Positions 39,326 through 53,119 of a stretch of 64,000 bases of DNA are shown in pieces. A model generated the notes under the pieces. The model was not told the origin of the DNA. It saw nothing but the letters and a program-made list of their open reading frames with translations, and made no database searches. Source of the DNA: Rhizobium sp. Q54. Its GTDB lineage: Bacteria > Pseudomonadota > Alphaproteobacteria > UBA2966 > CAIVPW01. Within the stretch, counting starts at the first letter, position 1, and every line of letters starts with the position of its first letter. Location of the stretch: contig CAMDPO010000008.1 of assembly GCA_945904955.1 (NCBI GenBank), positions 3,177 to 67,176 of the forward strand, given 5' to 3'. A program made the position numbers and the translations under genes.

Positions 39326-40471
39326 ATGCGAATCCTTCTGATCCTGACGATGCTGATGGCTCTGGCGGCCGTTGCGTGGGGCCAGGATGCGCCGGCTGCC
39401 ACCCCCGGTCCCTTGCAGCAGCTGCAGGAGCTCGAGCGGGCGCTCGAGCAGAGCCGCTTGCGCCAGCAGGAGCTGGCGCGCCAGGCGGCGCGGCTGGCGC
39501 AGGAGCTCGGCACCGTGCGCGCACAGCTGGTCGCCGCAGCGGAAGCGGTGCAGCAGCAGGAAGCGCGTATCACCCTGATCAATGCGCGCATCGACGTGTT
39601 ACGCGCCGAAGAAGCGACGCGCTCGGAGGCGCTGACGCGCGAGCACCGCGACCTTGCGGTCGTGCTGGCCAGCCTGGCGCGGCTGTCGCGCCAGCCACCG
39701 GCAACCATGGTGGCGGGCCAGGGTGCCGCCATCGACTTGGTCCGTTCGTCGCTGCTGCTCGCCGCTGTCGTACCCGGCCTGCAGGATCGTGCCCGCGACG
39801 CGGTCAGCGAGCTCGTTTCCATCCGTGCACTGCGCCGTGCGATCGCCGAGGAGCAGGCCGGCCTCGCCGACGCCCGCAACCAGCTCGAGACCGAGCGCGG
39901 GCGGCTGGCCGCCTTATTGGAGCGAAAGGGCGCCGAGCAGGCACAAACCCAGACGCTGGCTTTGGCCGAGCGCGAGCGGGTGACGCGCATGGCGGCCGAG
40001 GCGCAAGACCTGCGCGAGCTGTTGGGGCGCCTCGACGCGGAGCCAGGGCTCGACGTGGGCCCTCCCGAAGGGACGCGCCCATTCGCCGAGGCGCGCGGGC
40101 GCCTGCCCCTGCCGGCTCGCGGCAAAGTGATCCGCTCGTGGGGCGAGATCGACCCACTCGGCTTCCCGGCGCGGGGCCTGACCGTGGAGATTGTCGAGGA
40201 TGCACAGGTGGTGGCGCCGTACGATGGCCGAATCGTGTTCGCCGACGCCTTCCGCAGCTATGGCCAACTCTTGATAATCAGCCACGGCGGGGGCTACCAT
40301 ACGTTAATAGCCGGGCTATATCGTATCGACAGTCAAGTCGGCCAATGGCTGCTGGCCGGAGAGCCCGTGGGCCAGGCAAGCCACGGTGAGAACGGCAAAT
40401 CCACGCTTTATGTAGAGCTTCGCCGCAATGGCGAGCCGATCAACCCTTTGCCGTGGTTGGCGGCACGATAG
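39326..40471 (+). CDS. EnvC-like murein hydrolase activator (coiled coil plus degenerate LytM/M23 domain)
   Basis: Signal peptide, then ~250 aa of Q/A/R/E-rich coiled coil. The C-terminal M23 fold has the HxH motif replaced (STLYVEL). Confidence 0.7.
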   Translation: MRILLILTMLMALAAVAWGQDAPAATPGPLQQLQELERALEQSRLRQQELARQAARLAQELGTVRAQLVAAAEAVQQQEARITLINARIDVLRAEEATRSEALTREHRDLAVVLASLARLSRQPPATMVAGQGAAIDLVRSSLLLAAVVPGLQDRARDAVSELVSIRALRRAIAEEQAGLADARNQLETERGRLAALLERKGAEQAQTQTLALAERERVTRMAAEAQDLRELLGRLDAEPGLDVGPPEGTRPFAEARGRLPLPARGKVIRSWGEIDPLGFPARGLTVEIVEDAQVVAPYDGRIVFADAFRSYGQLLIISHGGGYHTLIAGLYRIDSQVGQWLLAGEPVGQASHGENGKSTLYVELRRNGEPINPLPWLAAR

Positions 40472-40530
40472 GGCCCGCAGATTGGCCCCACGGACCGACA
40501 CGGACTGACAAGAATAGGGAAAGACCGAGC

Positions 40531-41793
40531 ATGATCAGGACCGCCCGCTTTGTTCGGACAGGATTGGCAACAGCGACCGTCGCAGGCGCCCTCGTGTGGG
40601 CAGTCGCGCCGGCGCCCCAGGCCGCGGAGACGACGGCCTACCAGCAGCTCAATCTGTTCGGCAACGTGTTCGAGTTGGTGCGCGCGCGCTACGCCGAGCC
40701 GATCGACGAGCAGAAACTGATCTACTCGGCGATCAACGGCATGCTGGCGGCGCTCGATCCGCACTCGGCTTTCATGGCGGCCGCGGAATACCGCGACATG
40801 CAGGAGCGCACCTCCGGCGAGTTCGGTGGCCTCGGTCTCGAAGTGCGCATGGAAGAGGGCCTCGTCCGGGTCTCCCGGCCGATGGAGGACTCGCCAGCCC
40901 TGCGCGCCGGCGTGAAGCAGAACGACCTCATCACTCACATCGACGGCGCACCCGTCATGGGCCTGACGCTGAACGAGGCCGTCGAGAAGATGCGCGGCCG
41001 CGTCAACACGCCGATCGACCTGACCATTGCCCGCGACGGCGTCGCAGCGCCGATGGTCGTGCGCGTCATGCGTGACATCATTCGCCAGCCCTCCGTGCGC
41101 TACCGCGTCGAGGGCAACGCCGCCTACATCCTGATCACCTCGTTCTCGGAGCAGACCGAGTCGGGCGTGCGCCGCGCCATGACCGAGCTGCGGGCGACGC
41201 TCGGCGACAAGTTCGAAGGCGTCATCCTCGACGTGCGCAACAACCCGGGCGGCCTGCTCGAGCAGTCGGTCGCCGTGGTCGACGCGTTCCTAGAGCGCGG
41301 CGAGGTCGTTTCGACCCGCGGCCGCGAGACCGGCAACGTGCAGCGCTACACCGCTCGCCGCGGCGACCTCGCCGAGGGCAAGCCGATCATCGTGCTGACC
41401 AACAACGGCTCGGCCTCGGCGTCGGAGATCGTCGCCGGCGCCCTGCAAGACCACAAGCGCGCCATCATCCTGGGCACCACCACCTTCGGTAAGGGCTCGG
41501 TGCAGACCATCATGCCGATGGGCGACCAGGGCGCCATGCGCCTGACCACCTCGCGCTATTACACGCCGTCGGGCCGCTCGATCCAGGGCACCGGCGTCGT
41601 ACCCGACCTCGTCGTCGAGCAGGCACGCATTCAGCCGCTGCGCGCGGCGGATGGCACCGCCACCTCGCCGACGGCCGCCCCGCCGCCGGCCGCCGGCCCC
41701 GGCGCCACGACACCGCCGGACTACCAGCTGGCGCGTGCCATCGATCTGCTGCACTCGCTGTCGGTCTACCAGAAGCCGGCTGTCGTCAACTAA
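40531..41793 (+). CDS. ctpA: carboxy-terminal processing peptidase (S41, PDZ-containing)
   Basis: Signal peptide, a PDZ domain, and the S41 catalytic region (IVLTNNGSASASEIVAGALQDHKRAIILGTTTFGKGSVQT). Confidence 0.8.
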   Translation: MIRTARFVRTGLATATVAGALVWAVAPAPQAAETTAYQQLNLFGNVFELVRARYAEPIDEQKLIYSAINGMLAALDPHSAFMAAAEYRDMQERTSGEFGGLGLEVRMEEGLVRVSRPMEDSPALRAGVKQNDLITHIDGAPVMGLTLNEAVEKMRGRVNTPIDLTIARDGVAAPMVVRVMRDIIRQPSVRYRVEGNAAYILITSFSEQTESGVRRAMTELRATLGDKFEGVILDVRNNPGGLLEQSVAVVDAFLERGEVVSTRGRETGNVQRYTARRGDLAEGKPIIVLTNNGSASASEIVAGALQDHKRAIILGTTTFGKGSVQTIMPMGDQGAMRLTTSRYYTPSGRSIQGTGVVPDLVVEQARIQPLRAADGTATSPTAAPPPAAGPGATTPPDYQLARAIDLLHSLSVYQKPAVVN

Positions 41794-41843
41794 CGCGACG
41801 AGTGACCTCCGCAGCACCGAAATTTTTTGGGTTTGGAGTTCAA

Positions 41844-43169
41844 ATGAATACGTCTCGGGTCTCGACGGTGCGCACCGCGCGTCGCAATGAAGGCGTGCCG
41901 CATCTGCGCCGCAGCGCCCGCGCCGGCATCAGCAGCCTCATCGTTGCGGCGACGCTCGGCCTGCTGACGGCCGACACGTTGGCCGCGGATGCGCGCACCT
42001 ACACGCAGCTCAACCTGTTCGGCGACGCCTACGACCGCGTCCGCCGCGCCTATGTCGAACAGATCCCGGATGAGTTCCTGGTCCGCTCGGCGATCAACGG
42101 CCTGCTGGCCGCGCTCGACCCGGACTCGGTGTTCCTGACGCCGCAGGCCTACCAGGACCTGCTCGCCAACAAGGTGCGCGTCTATGACGGCCTTGGCCTC
42201 GAGATCACCATGTCGGAAGGCGTCGCCCGCGTCGTAGCACCCATCGACGGCGGCCCGGCCGCCGTTGCCGGCCTGCGCACCGACGACCTGATCGTCGACA
42301 TCAACGGCACGCCCGTCTTCGGCATGAACCTGACCGAGACGATCCAGGCACTGCAGGGCGCCCCCGGCACGACGGCCGACCTGGTCATTGTGCGTCAGGG
42401 TACCGATGCGTTCCGCCGGGCGGTGACGCGCGAAGCGGTTGCCGAACCCAAGGTGGCGGCGCGCGCCCGCGGCAACGGAGGCTACATCCGCATCCCGTAC
42501 TTCACGCCGGGCGTTCTCGCCCAGCTGACGACGGCGGTGACGGACCTGCAGAAGCAACTCGGCGCCAACTTCGAGGGCGTCGTCCTCGATCTGCGCAACA
42601 CGCCGGGCGGCTCTCAGGAGGCGGCCTTGCAGGTCGCCGACGCGTTCCTCACCGAGGGCCTGATGATGTCGATCCAGGGCCGCGCCGAGGGTGACTCGAA
42701 GACGTTCAACGCCACCCCGGGCGACATCCTGAAGGGGGCGCCGCTCGTCGTCCTCGTCGACGGCGGCACCGCCGGCGCGGCGGAGATCGTCGCCGGCGCG
42801 CTCAAGGATCGCGGCCGCGCCATCACCATCGGCATGACCACCTTCAAGCGCGGCTCGGCGCAGTCGTTGGTGCAGATGGGCGAGCTCGGCTATGTGCAGC
42901 TGACCACCGGCTATTACGTGACGCCGAAGGGCGCTTCGATCCAGACCGACGGCGTCGTGCCGGGGACGGTCGTCGAGCCGGCCCGCGTCATCCTGCCGGA
43001 GGACCGCTTCCCGCGCCGCACCGAGGCAACCCTGCGTGGCGCCCTCGACATTCCGGCGGGTGGCCCTGCCGGCGTGCAGGCCGAGGCGGCCGAGGTCGAC
43101 TACCAGCTGGCGCGCGCGTTCGACTTGTTGCACGCCCTTGCCCTGGTCAATCAGTTCGCCGCGAACTAG
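41844..43169 (+). CDS. second S41 carboxy-terminal processing peptidase (tandem paralog)
   Basis: Same architecture as ctpA (VVLVDGGTAGAAEIVAGALKDRGRAITIGMTTFKRGSAQS). Confidence 0.8.
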   Translation: MNTSRVSTVRTARRNEGVPHLRRSARAGISSLIVAATLGLLTADTLAADARTYTQLNLFGDAYDRVRRAYVEQIPDEFLVRSAINGLLAALDPDSVFLTPQAYQDLLANKVRVYDGLGLEITMSEGVARVVAPIDGGPAAVAGLRTDDLIVDINGTPVFGMNLTETIQALQGAPGTTADLVIVRQGTDAFRRAVTREAVAEPKVAARARGNGGYIRIPYFTPGVLAQLTTAVTDLQKQLGANFEGVVLDLRNTPGGSQEAALQVADAFLTEGLMMSIQGRAEGDSKTFNATPGDILKGAPLVVLVDGGTAGAAEIVAGALKDRGRAITIGMTTFKRGSAQSLVQMGELGYVQLTTGYYVTPKGASIQTDGVVPGTVVEPARVILPEDRFPRRTEATLRGALDIPAGGPAGVQAEAAEVDYQLARAFDLLHALALVNQFAAN

Positions 43170-43287
43170 GCCGCACGCGATTGCGGCCACCGCGCTTCGC
43201 GGCGCGTCACCGTGCGTGACGCGCCCCAAGGGACACAAGCTCGCGCGCCCTAGTGGCGCGCGGGACGTTTTGGCCTAGGCGCAACGC

Positions 43288-44820
43288 ATGTTCGGCAGGA
43301 AGAAAAAAGGCGCACCGGAACCCGAGGTCGAAGAGGACGACGTCGCCCTCGACGACGACGCGGACGACATTGCTGCCTCCGCCACGGCGGCCGCGTCGGC
43401 GGCCGACACCGATGACGACGCCGCGGCACCGGACGACGACGATGCCGGTGACGACGATGCCGGTGACGATGATGCCGAGGTGGACGACGAGCCGGCCGAG
43501 GCCGACGACGATCACCCCGACATCAGCCAGTTCTTCGGCGGCGGTGGCCGCGGCGCGGATGATGGCGACGACGACGCCGCCGAGATCGGCGTATCCGACG
43601 ACGACTACGAGGACGACGACGAGGGCAAGCGGCCGCTGTGGCGCAGCCCGATCCTGTGGGCGTCGCTAGGCCTGCTGCTGGTGGTCGGCATCGCCGTCGG
43701 CTGGACGACGGTGAGCTTCGACCACGAGGCGTATGAGGCGGCGCTGGCGCCACCCACCGCCGGTGCTGCGCTGCCACCCCCGCCCCCGCGCCCGGCCGCG
43801 ACGGAAGAGGCCGCGGCTGCGGCAGAGCCCGCCGCCCCGGCTGGCACCGCGGCCACCCCGGCAACTGCGGCGCCACGGACCGCGGCGGCCACGACCCCAC
43901 CCGTTCCCGCAACAACTCCGGCAACCCCTGCCGCCACACCTACTGCGACTGCGGCGACGCCCGCGGGCGCCGCGCCGCCTCCGCCGGTCGCGCCACCTGC
44001 CGTCGAGACGGCGGCCCTGACGCCGGCGCCGGACCCGGGCCTGATCGCCTTTGGCGAGGACGGCCCGCTGCCCATCAAGGGTGAGGACGGCCGCGAGCCG
44101 TGGCGCGTGTATGCGCGCCCGTTCGCGCTGCCGCCCGAGATGCCCAAGATCGGCATCGTCATCGGTGGGCTTGGGCTGTCGCGCGCCGCTACCCAGGCAG
44201 CCATCCAGCAACTGCCTCCCGAGGTGACGCTGGCGTTTGCGCCCTACGCGCCGAACCTGGAGGCGCAGATCGCCGAGGCGCGTGCGGCCGGCCATGAGGT
44301 CGTGCTGCAGCTGCCGATGGAGCCGAACGGCTATCCAGCCAACGATCCGGGGCCGCACACACTCCTGACGACCGCGGCGGCGGCGGACAACATCGCCCGC
44401 CTGCACTGGCTGCTATCGCGCTTCACCGGCTATGTCGGCGTCACCAACTACATGGGCGCTAAGATGAGCACGTCGGCGGAGGCGCTGCGCCCAATCCTCA
44501 CCGATCTGCAGACCCGCGGCCTGATGTTCCTCGACGCGCGCGAAACGAACGACAGCGTGGCGGCCGCGCTCGCCACCGAGATCGGCCTGCCGCGGGCCGT
44601 CGTCAGCCGCTTCCTCGACACCGAGGCGAACCGCCTGAGCGTCGATGCGCGCCTCCTCGAGCTCGAGCGCATCGCCACTACCCAAGGCGGCGCCATCGGC
44701 ATCGGCTACGCCTATCCGGTGACCATCGAGCGGGTGGCGACCTGGATCCGCTCCTTGCGCGGCAAGAACGTGGCTCTGGCGCCGATCTCGGCGCTGGCGC
44801 GCACCTCCGCCACCAACTAG
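43288..44820 (+). CDS. divergent polysaccharide deacetylase (YibQ family) with an Asp-rich N-terminus and a Pro/Ala/Thr-rich linker
   Basis: C-terminal catalytic region VVLQLPMEPNGYPANDPGPHTLL...YVGVTNYMGAKMS...LMFLDARET. The N-terminus is D-rich with DDDAGDDDAGDDDA tandem repeats. One transmembrane helix. Confidence 0.7.
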   Translation: MFGRKKKGAPEPEVEEDDVALDDDADDIAASATAAASAADTDDDAAAPDDDDAGDDDAGDDDAEVDDEPAEADDDHPDISQFFGGGGRGADDGDDDAAEIGVSDDDYEDDDEGKRPLWRSPILWASLGLLLVVGIAVGWTTVSFDHEAYEAALAPPTAGAALPPPPPRPAATEEAAAAAEPAAPAGTAATPATAAPRTAAATTPPVPATTPATPAATPTATAATPAGAAPPPPVAPPAVETAALTPAPDPGLIAFGEDGPLPIKGEDGREPWRVYARPFALPPEMPKIGIVIGGLGLSRAATQAAIQQLPPEVTLAFAPYAPNLEAQIAEARAAGHEVVLQLPMEPNGYPANDPGPHTLLTTAAAADNIARLHWLLSRFTGYVGVTNYMGAKMSTSAEALRPILTDLQTRGLMFLDARETNDSVAAALATEIGLPRAVVSRFLDTEANRLSVDARLLELERIATTQGGAIGIGYAYPVTIERVATWIRSLRGKNVALAPISALARTSATN

Positions 44821-44836
44821 CGGGCGCCGAGGCCAG

Positions 44837-45361
44837 GTGACCAACATCACGGCTGACCGGCCCGGCGATCTCGCCGCGCGCGTGCGCGCCCTGCCCTACC
44901 GCCGCAACGTCGGCATGATGGTGCTGAACGCCGACGGCCTGGCGCTGGTCGGCCATCGCATCGACATGAACGCCAATGCCTGGCAGATGCCCCAAGGCGG
45001 CATCGACGACGGCGAGGACCCCGAGCGCGCGCTGTGGCGCGAGCTGAAGGAAGAAGTCGGCACCGACAAGGCGACGGTGCTGGCGAGGGCAGGCGACTGG
45101 ATGCCTTACGACTTCCCCTTGGAGCTGCAGCCGACTCTGTGGGAAGGCCGCTTCCGCGGCCAGACCCAGCTATGGTTCCTGCTGCGCTTCACGGGCACCG
45201 ACGGCGACCTGGCGCTGGATACGCACGAGCGCGAGTTCACCCACACACGTTGGGTAGAGCCGGACGAGCTGCCGGGCATGGTGGTCGGCTTCAAGCGCGA
45301 CACCTACCGCAAGGTGCTGGCGGAGTTCGCCGAGCATCTCCGTCGCCGCGACCGGGAGTAA
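44837..45361 (+). CDS. rppH: RNA pyrophosphohydrolase (NUDIX)
   Basis: Nudix box (GGIDDGEDPERALWRELKEEVG). Confidence 0.8.
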   Translation: MTNITADRPGDLAARVRALPYRRNVGMMVLNADGLALVGHRIDMNANAWQMPQGGIDDGEDPERALWRELKEEVGTDKATVLARAGDWMPYDFPLELQPTLWEGRFRGQTQLWFLLRFTGTDGDLALDTHEREFTHTRWVEPDELPGMVVGFKRDTYRKVLAEFAEHLRRRDRE

Positions 45362-45442
45362 TCCTGCGGCCGGCCGGTCGGCCGGATTGACCATCGCCGG
45401 ACTTAGGCCGACGATGCGCGCATTCCGATCAGGAGGCAGCGC

Positions 45443-46033
45443 ATGGCCAAGGCAACCAAACGAGCCACCAAACGACCGGCGGCAAAAGCCGCAACCAAGA
45501 AGCGAGCTCCCGCCCGGGCGGCCAAGCGCACCCCGCGCAAGGCCGCGCGAACGACCGCGAAGAAGAAGGCGCCTGCCGCGAAGCGGGCCCCTGCTGCGAA
45601 GCGCGCTACGCCCGCGAAGAAGGCGCCGGCCAAAAAGCCCGCACGCGCAAGGAAAGCGGCGCCGCCCGCAGCGCCGGACGTCACTGGCTGGATCACGCAT
45701 ACCGAGCTTGCGACGAGCAACCCGGCGGCGACCCAGGATTGGGGCGTCAAGGTGTTCGGCTGGAAGGCGCGGCCGGCCATGCCGATGCCGACCGGTCCGT
45801 ACTACCTGTTCACCTACTCCGACATGGGCGGCGGCGGCATTCGCGGGCTCGATCCGACCGAGAAGCCGAGCAGCGTCCCCTACATCCACGTCAAGGACTG
45901 CCATGTCGCCTATGAGAAGGCGCTCGCGGCGGGCGCCGAGGGCGTAATGGCCCCGGAGACCATCATGCCGGGCACGACGATCGCCACCGTGCGCGCGCCG
46001 GGTGGCGTGCTGATCGGGCTGGCGGGGCCGTAA
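45443..46033 (+). CDS. histone-H1-like Lys/Ala/Pro-rich N-terminal tail fused to a VOC (glyoxalase/bleomycin-resistance fold) domain
   Basis: Residues 1-75 are KRA/KKA/PAAK repeats. Residues 80-196 are VOC-like (WITHTELATSNPAATQDWGVKVFGW...). Confidence 0.55.
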   Translation: MAKATKRATKRPAAKAATKKRAPARAAKRTPRKAARTTAKKKAPAAKRAPAAKRATPAKKAPAKKPARARKAAPPAAPDVTGWITHTELATSNPAATQDWGVKVFGWKARPAMPMPTGPYYLFTYSDMGGGGIRGLDPTEKPSSVPYIHVKDCHVAYEKALAAGAEGVMAPETIMPGTTIATVRAPGGVLIGLAGP

Positions 46034-46136
46034 CTCGCGCCTCTCCGCGCCAATGCCGAGGATAGATATCTCGGCGGACACTCCTGCCTGAAGGTCGTGC
46101 GGCTCAACCACCGCGCTCCTTCAGGGGGAACCTCCA

Positions 46137-46628
46137 ATGAGGAAATATCTGGCTTCGGCCGCGACTGCGGCCGCGCTACTCGGACTCGCCGCGTCGTCTC
46201 AGGCGGAGGGTAACCTCGCCGCCGGGCCGCCCACCGACCTTGTCGTCACCATCACCACCACGCCGAACGGGCCGGTGGTGAGCCCTGCGTCGTTCGACAT
46301 GGTGACGGGCAAGTACTACCGGCTCAACTTCACGTTCGCCGGACCGGACACCGATCCGGACTGGCGGCTCGAGGTCAACGACCTCCTGGCGAACTCGCAT
46401 GTACGCGTGATGACGATCGGCGGCATCGAGCTGCACATCCAAGGGATGCCGTTCCGCGCGCTCGAGTTCGACGGCGCCGGCACGGTGCAGTTCAGCTTCG
46501 TGGTGATCCGGCCGGGCAACTACCCGTTCATCGTCGGCGACAACCCGGGCGCCATGGGCCTGCCTGTCGGCACGCCCGGACAGGCGGACCCGAGCCGGCG
46601 CGCCATCGGCATGTTCCAGGTGAAGTGA
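46137..46628 (+). CDS. hypothetical secreted protein
   Basis: Signal peptide (MRKYLASAATAAALLGLAASSQA) on a likely beta-sandwich body. No family assigned. Confidence 0.4.
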   Translation: MRKYLASAATAAALLGLAASSQAEGNLAAGPPTDLVVTITTTPNGPVVSPASFDMVTGKYYRLNFTFAGPDTDPDWRLEVNDLLANSHVRVMTIGGIELHIQGMPFRALEFDGAGTVQFSFVVIRPGNYPFIVGDNPGAMGLPVGTPGQADPSRRAIGMFQVK

Positions 46629-46639
46629 GGCCGCGAAAC

Positions 46640-46666
46640 GAAACGGCCGGGCGAAAGCCCGGCCGG
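46640..46666 (-). terminator. hairpin terminator after atpC (may also serve the convergent + gene)
   Basis: On the minus strand, ccgggc-tttc-gcccgg(cc) is followed by GTTTCGTTTCG. Confidence 0.45.
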
Positions 46667-46689
46667 GTGCGGCGGAACGCGAAGACGGC

Positions 46690-47091
46690 TTAGCGCGCGA
46701 CCTGCATCATTTCGCGCAGCACGGCGACAGCAGTCGAGGCCTTGTGCTGGTCGAGGTCGGTCTTGGCGTCGACCAAGTCCTCTTCGGCGTCCTTGAGGCG
46801 CTTCTCGACGCCGGCGCGGTCGAGGCTGGCGACTTCGACGGCGTCGTCGGCCAGCACCGTGCAGCGGTCGGCCGAGACTTCGCAGATGCCGCCGGAGATG
46901 AAGATGCGCTCGGGCGTGGCGGTGCCCTTGTGCACCTCGATGACACCCGGACGGATGGTCGAGATGATGGGCGCGTGGCCGGGCAGGACGCCGAAGTCGC
47001 CTTCGGAGCCCGGAATCACGACCATATCGACGTCCTCGGAGCGCAGCAGGCGCTCCGGCGAGACGAGGTCGAATTTGACCGTATCAGCCAT
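46690..47091 (-). CDS. atpC: F1 ATP synthase epsilon subunit
   Basis: MADTVKFDLVSPERLL...GSEGDFGVLPGHAP. Confidence 0.9.
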   Translation of the reverse strand: MADTVKFDLVSPERLLRSEDVDMVVIPGSEGDFGVLPGHAPIISTIRPGVIEVHKGTATPERIFISGGICEVSADRCTVLADDAVEVASLDRAGVEKRLKDAEEDLVDAKTDLDQHKASTAVAVLREMMQVAR

Positions 47092-47121
47092 TTGATCCCC
47101 TGCGCGCTATTCGCGCGACGA

Positions 47122-49493
<2,372 letters not shown>

Positions 49494-49495
49494 GC

Positions 49496-51585
<2,090 letters not shown>

Positions 51586-51837
51586 CGGATGCGCCCTGGT
51601 CCCCTCGGTGCGTGCCCGCGGGGCGCCTTTGCGGCACCCCATAACGCACTGAAAACAAAAGAAATTCCGCCGGCGATCCACCCCTGCCGGCAGGGCGAGG
51701 GATACCTAACACACTCCCCGTGGGCGGCGCAACCAAAGCCGGCGGCTGTGCGGCCTTTTGCGGCACTGGGGCACCGTGCCTGGCCGGGCATCCCCACCCG
51801 GCCCTCCCCTTGTAAGGATGGGAAGGTAGCCGGAGCG

Positions 51838-51868
51838 AAAAAAGGCGGCGGGCCATGAGCCCGCCGCC
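51838..51868 (-). terminator. rho-independent terminator after the beta-propeller gene
   Basis: On the minus strand, ggcggcgggc-ucaug-gcccgccgcc is followed by UUUUUU. Confidence 0.6.
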
Positions 51869-51913
51869 TCTGCGGTCCGGTTTGGGACCGCCATCTGTGC
51901 CAGCCGGTTGGGG

Positions 51914-52861
51914 CTAGCGGAGTTGGAGGATCGTCACCGCGTTCTGAGCGTTTTGCGGGATGATGAGCTGGTTGCGCTTCGAGTCGTAGGCCATCGAGGC
52001 GGCAGTGGGGATGCCGTCGGCGATCGCCTCGGCCGGCTGGTTCGGGCGGATGCGGGCGATAGTGCCGCGCTGCACGCTCGAGATCAGCTTGGTGCCGTCG
52101 GCGAGGATGACGAGGCCATCGTTGCCAGCGTCCGTCGACTTCTCGGTCTTCAGGATCTTGCCGTTCGGATCGTAGGTCAGCACGTCGTCGGTGCCGATCA
52201 GCACGATGACGACATTGCCCTGGGCGTCGATGGCGACGCCGTTCGGACGGTTGACCTGCTCGCCTTCGGCGAACACCGAGATCTGCCCCTGCGGCGTGAT
52301 CTTGTGCACCTTGTTGGTGCCCGTGTCGGTCACGTAGACGGTGCCGTCCCGTGCGACCTCGAGGTCGTTCAGCGTCATTGCGCCCTGGATGACGCGCTCG
52401 CCCTTGGCCTGGCCGGTGGCCATGTCGAACATACGCACCGTGTCCATGTCGGCGATGTAGAGCACGCCGCCCTCGATGTCGGAGCCACGCGGGTCGTTCA
52501 GCGTGATGCCGTTGCTCGGCTGGTTGGCGGCGGTCGGCGCGATCCACTTCAGCGTGTGCACGGTACCGTCGGGATTGAGCAGCGAGATGTAGCCGTCGTT
52601 GGCGCGCACGGTGTTGCCGACGCCGGTGTTCACCACGACGTAGCGGTCGTTCTGCGCGTCATACGAGACGCTTTCGGCGCTGAGGAAGCTGCCGAAGGTC
52701 TTGATGTTGTCGCGCATGGCGAGCGGCGTGCCGGCGACGAACGGTTGCGTGCCTTGCGCCGCGGCGGCGGGAGCCGGCGCGCCAGGCGCGGGCGCCTGCT
52801 GGGCTACGGCGGTGCCGATCAATGCGGCAAGGGCAACGGTTCCGAGAAACAGTCTCTGCAT
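51914..52861 (-). CDS. secreted beta-propeller protein (SMP-30/gluconolactonase/LRE- or NHL-like)
   Basis: Signal peptide, then repeated blades of type ...DG.VYV.D.G.N.V..I... Confidence 0.5.
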   Translation of the reverse strand: MQRLFLGTVALAALIGTAVAQQAPAPGAPAPAAAAQGTQPFVAGTPLAMRDNIKTFGSFLSAESVSYDAQNDRYVVVNTGVGNTVRANDGYISLLNPDGTVHTLKWIAPTAANQPSNGITLNDPRGSDIEGGVLYIADMDTVRMFDMATGQAKGERVIQGAMTLNDLEVARDGTVYVTDTGTNKVHKITPQGQISVFAEGEQVNRPNGVAIDAQGNVVIVLIGTDDVLTYDPNGKILKTEKSTDAGNDGLVILADGTKLISSVQRGTIARIRPNQPAEAIADGIPTAASMAYDSKRNQLIIPQNAQNAVTILQLR

Positions 52862-53119
52862 GGGGAAGCTCCTAGGTCGAGGCGGGGGAGGATGCGCGGA
52901 GCGCTACACAGCAAGTGGGTCCGCGGGGCGGCGTTCGCACCCGTCCGATGGAGATAGGGACGACTTGCCACGCTCACGCTGCGACGGAGTGACGCCGAAG
53001 CGTGGGGAGTGACGGATTGGTGACGCGGCACCGTGTGCGCACGGCGCATCCCCACCCTGCCCTCCCGTCACGTCTTGAGGCGTGCTCCCCGCACGACGAA
53101 GAAAGGCGAGGGTTCTTGC

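Noticed and set aside
41794-41843. T-run (gaaattttttgggtttgg) between the two ctpA genes as a terminator
   Set aside because: There is no upstream hairpin. The region more likely just holds the ribosome-binding site (GGAG) for the second ctpA.
43170-43225. Two GC hairpins after ctpA2 (gccgca-cgcgat-tgcggc and ggcgcgtcac-cgtgc-gtgacgcgcc) as an intrinsic terminator
   Set aside because: The stems are perfect but no U-tract follows. I note them as possible rho-dependent or structural elements and do not call a terminator.
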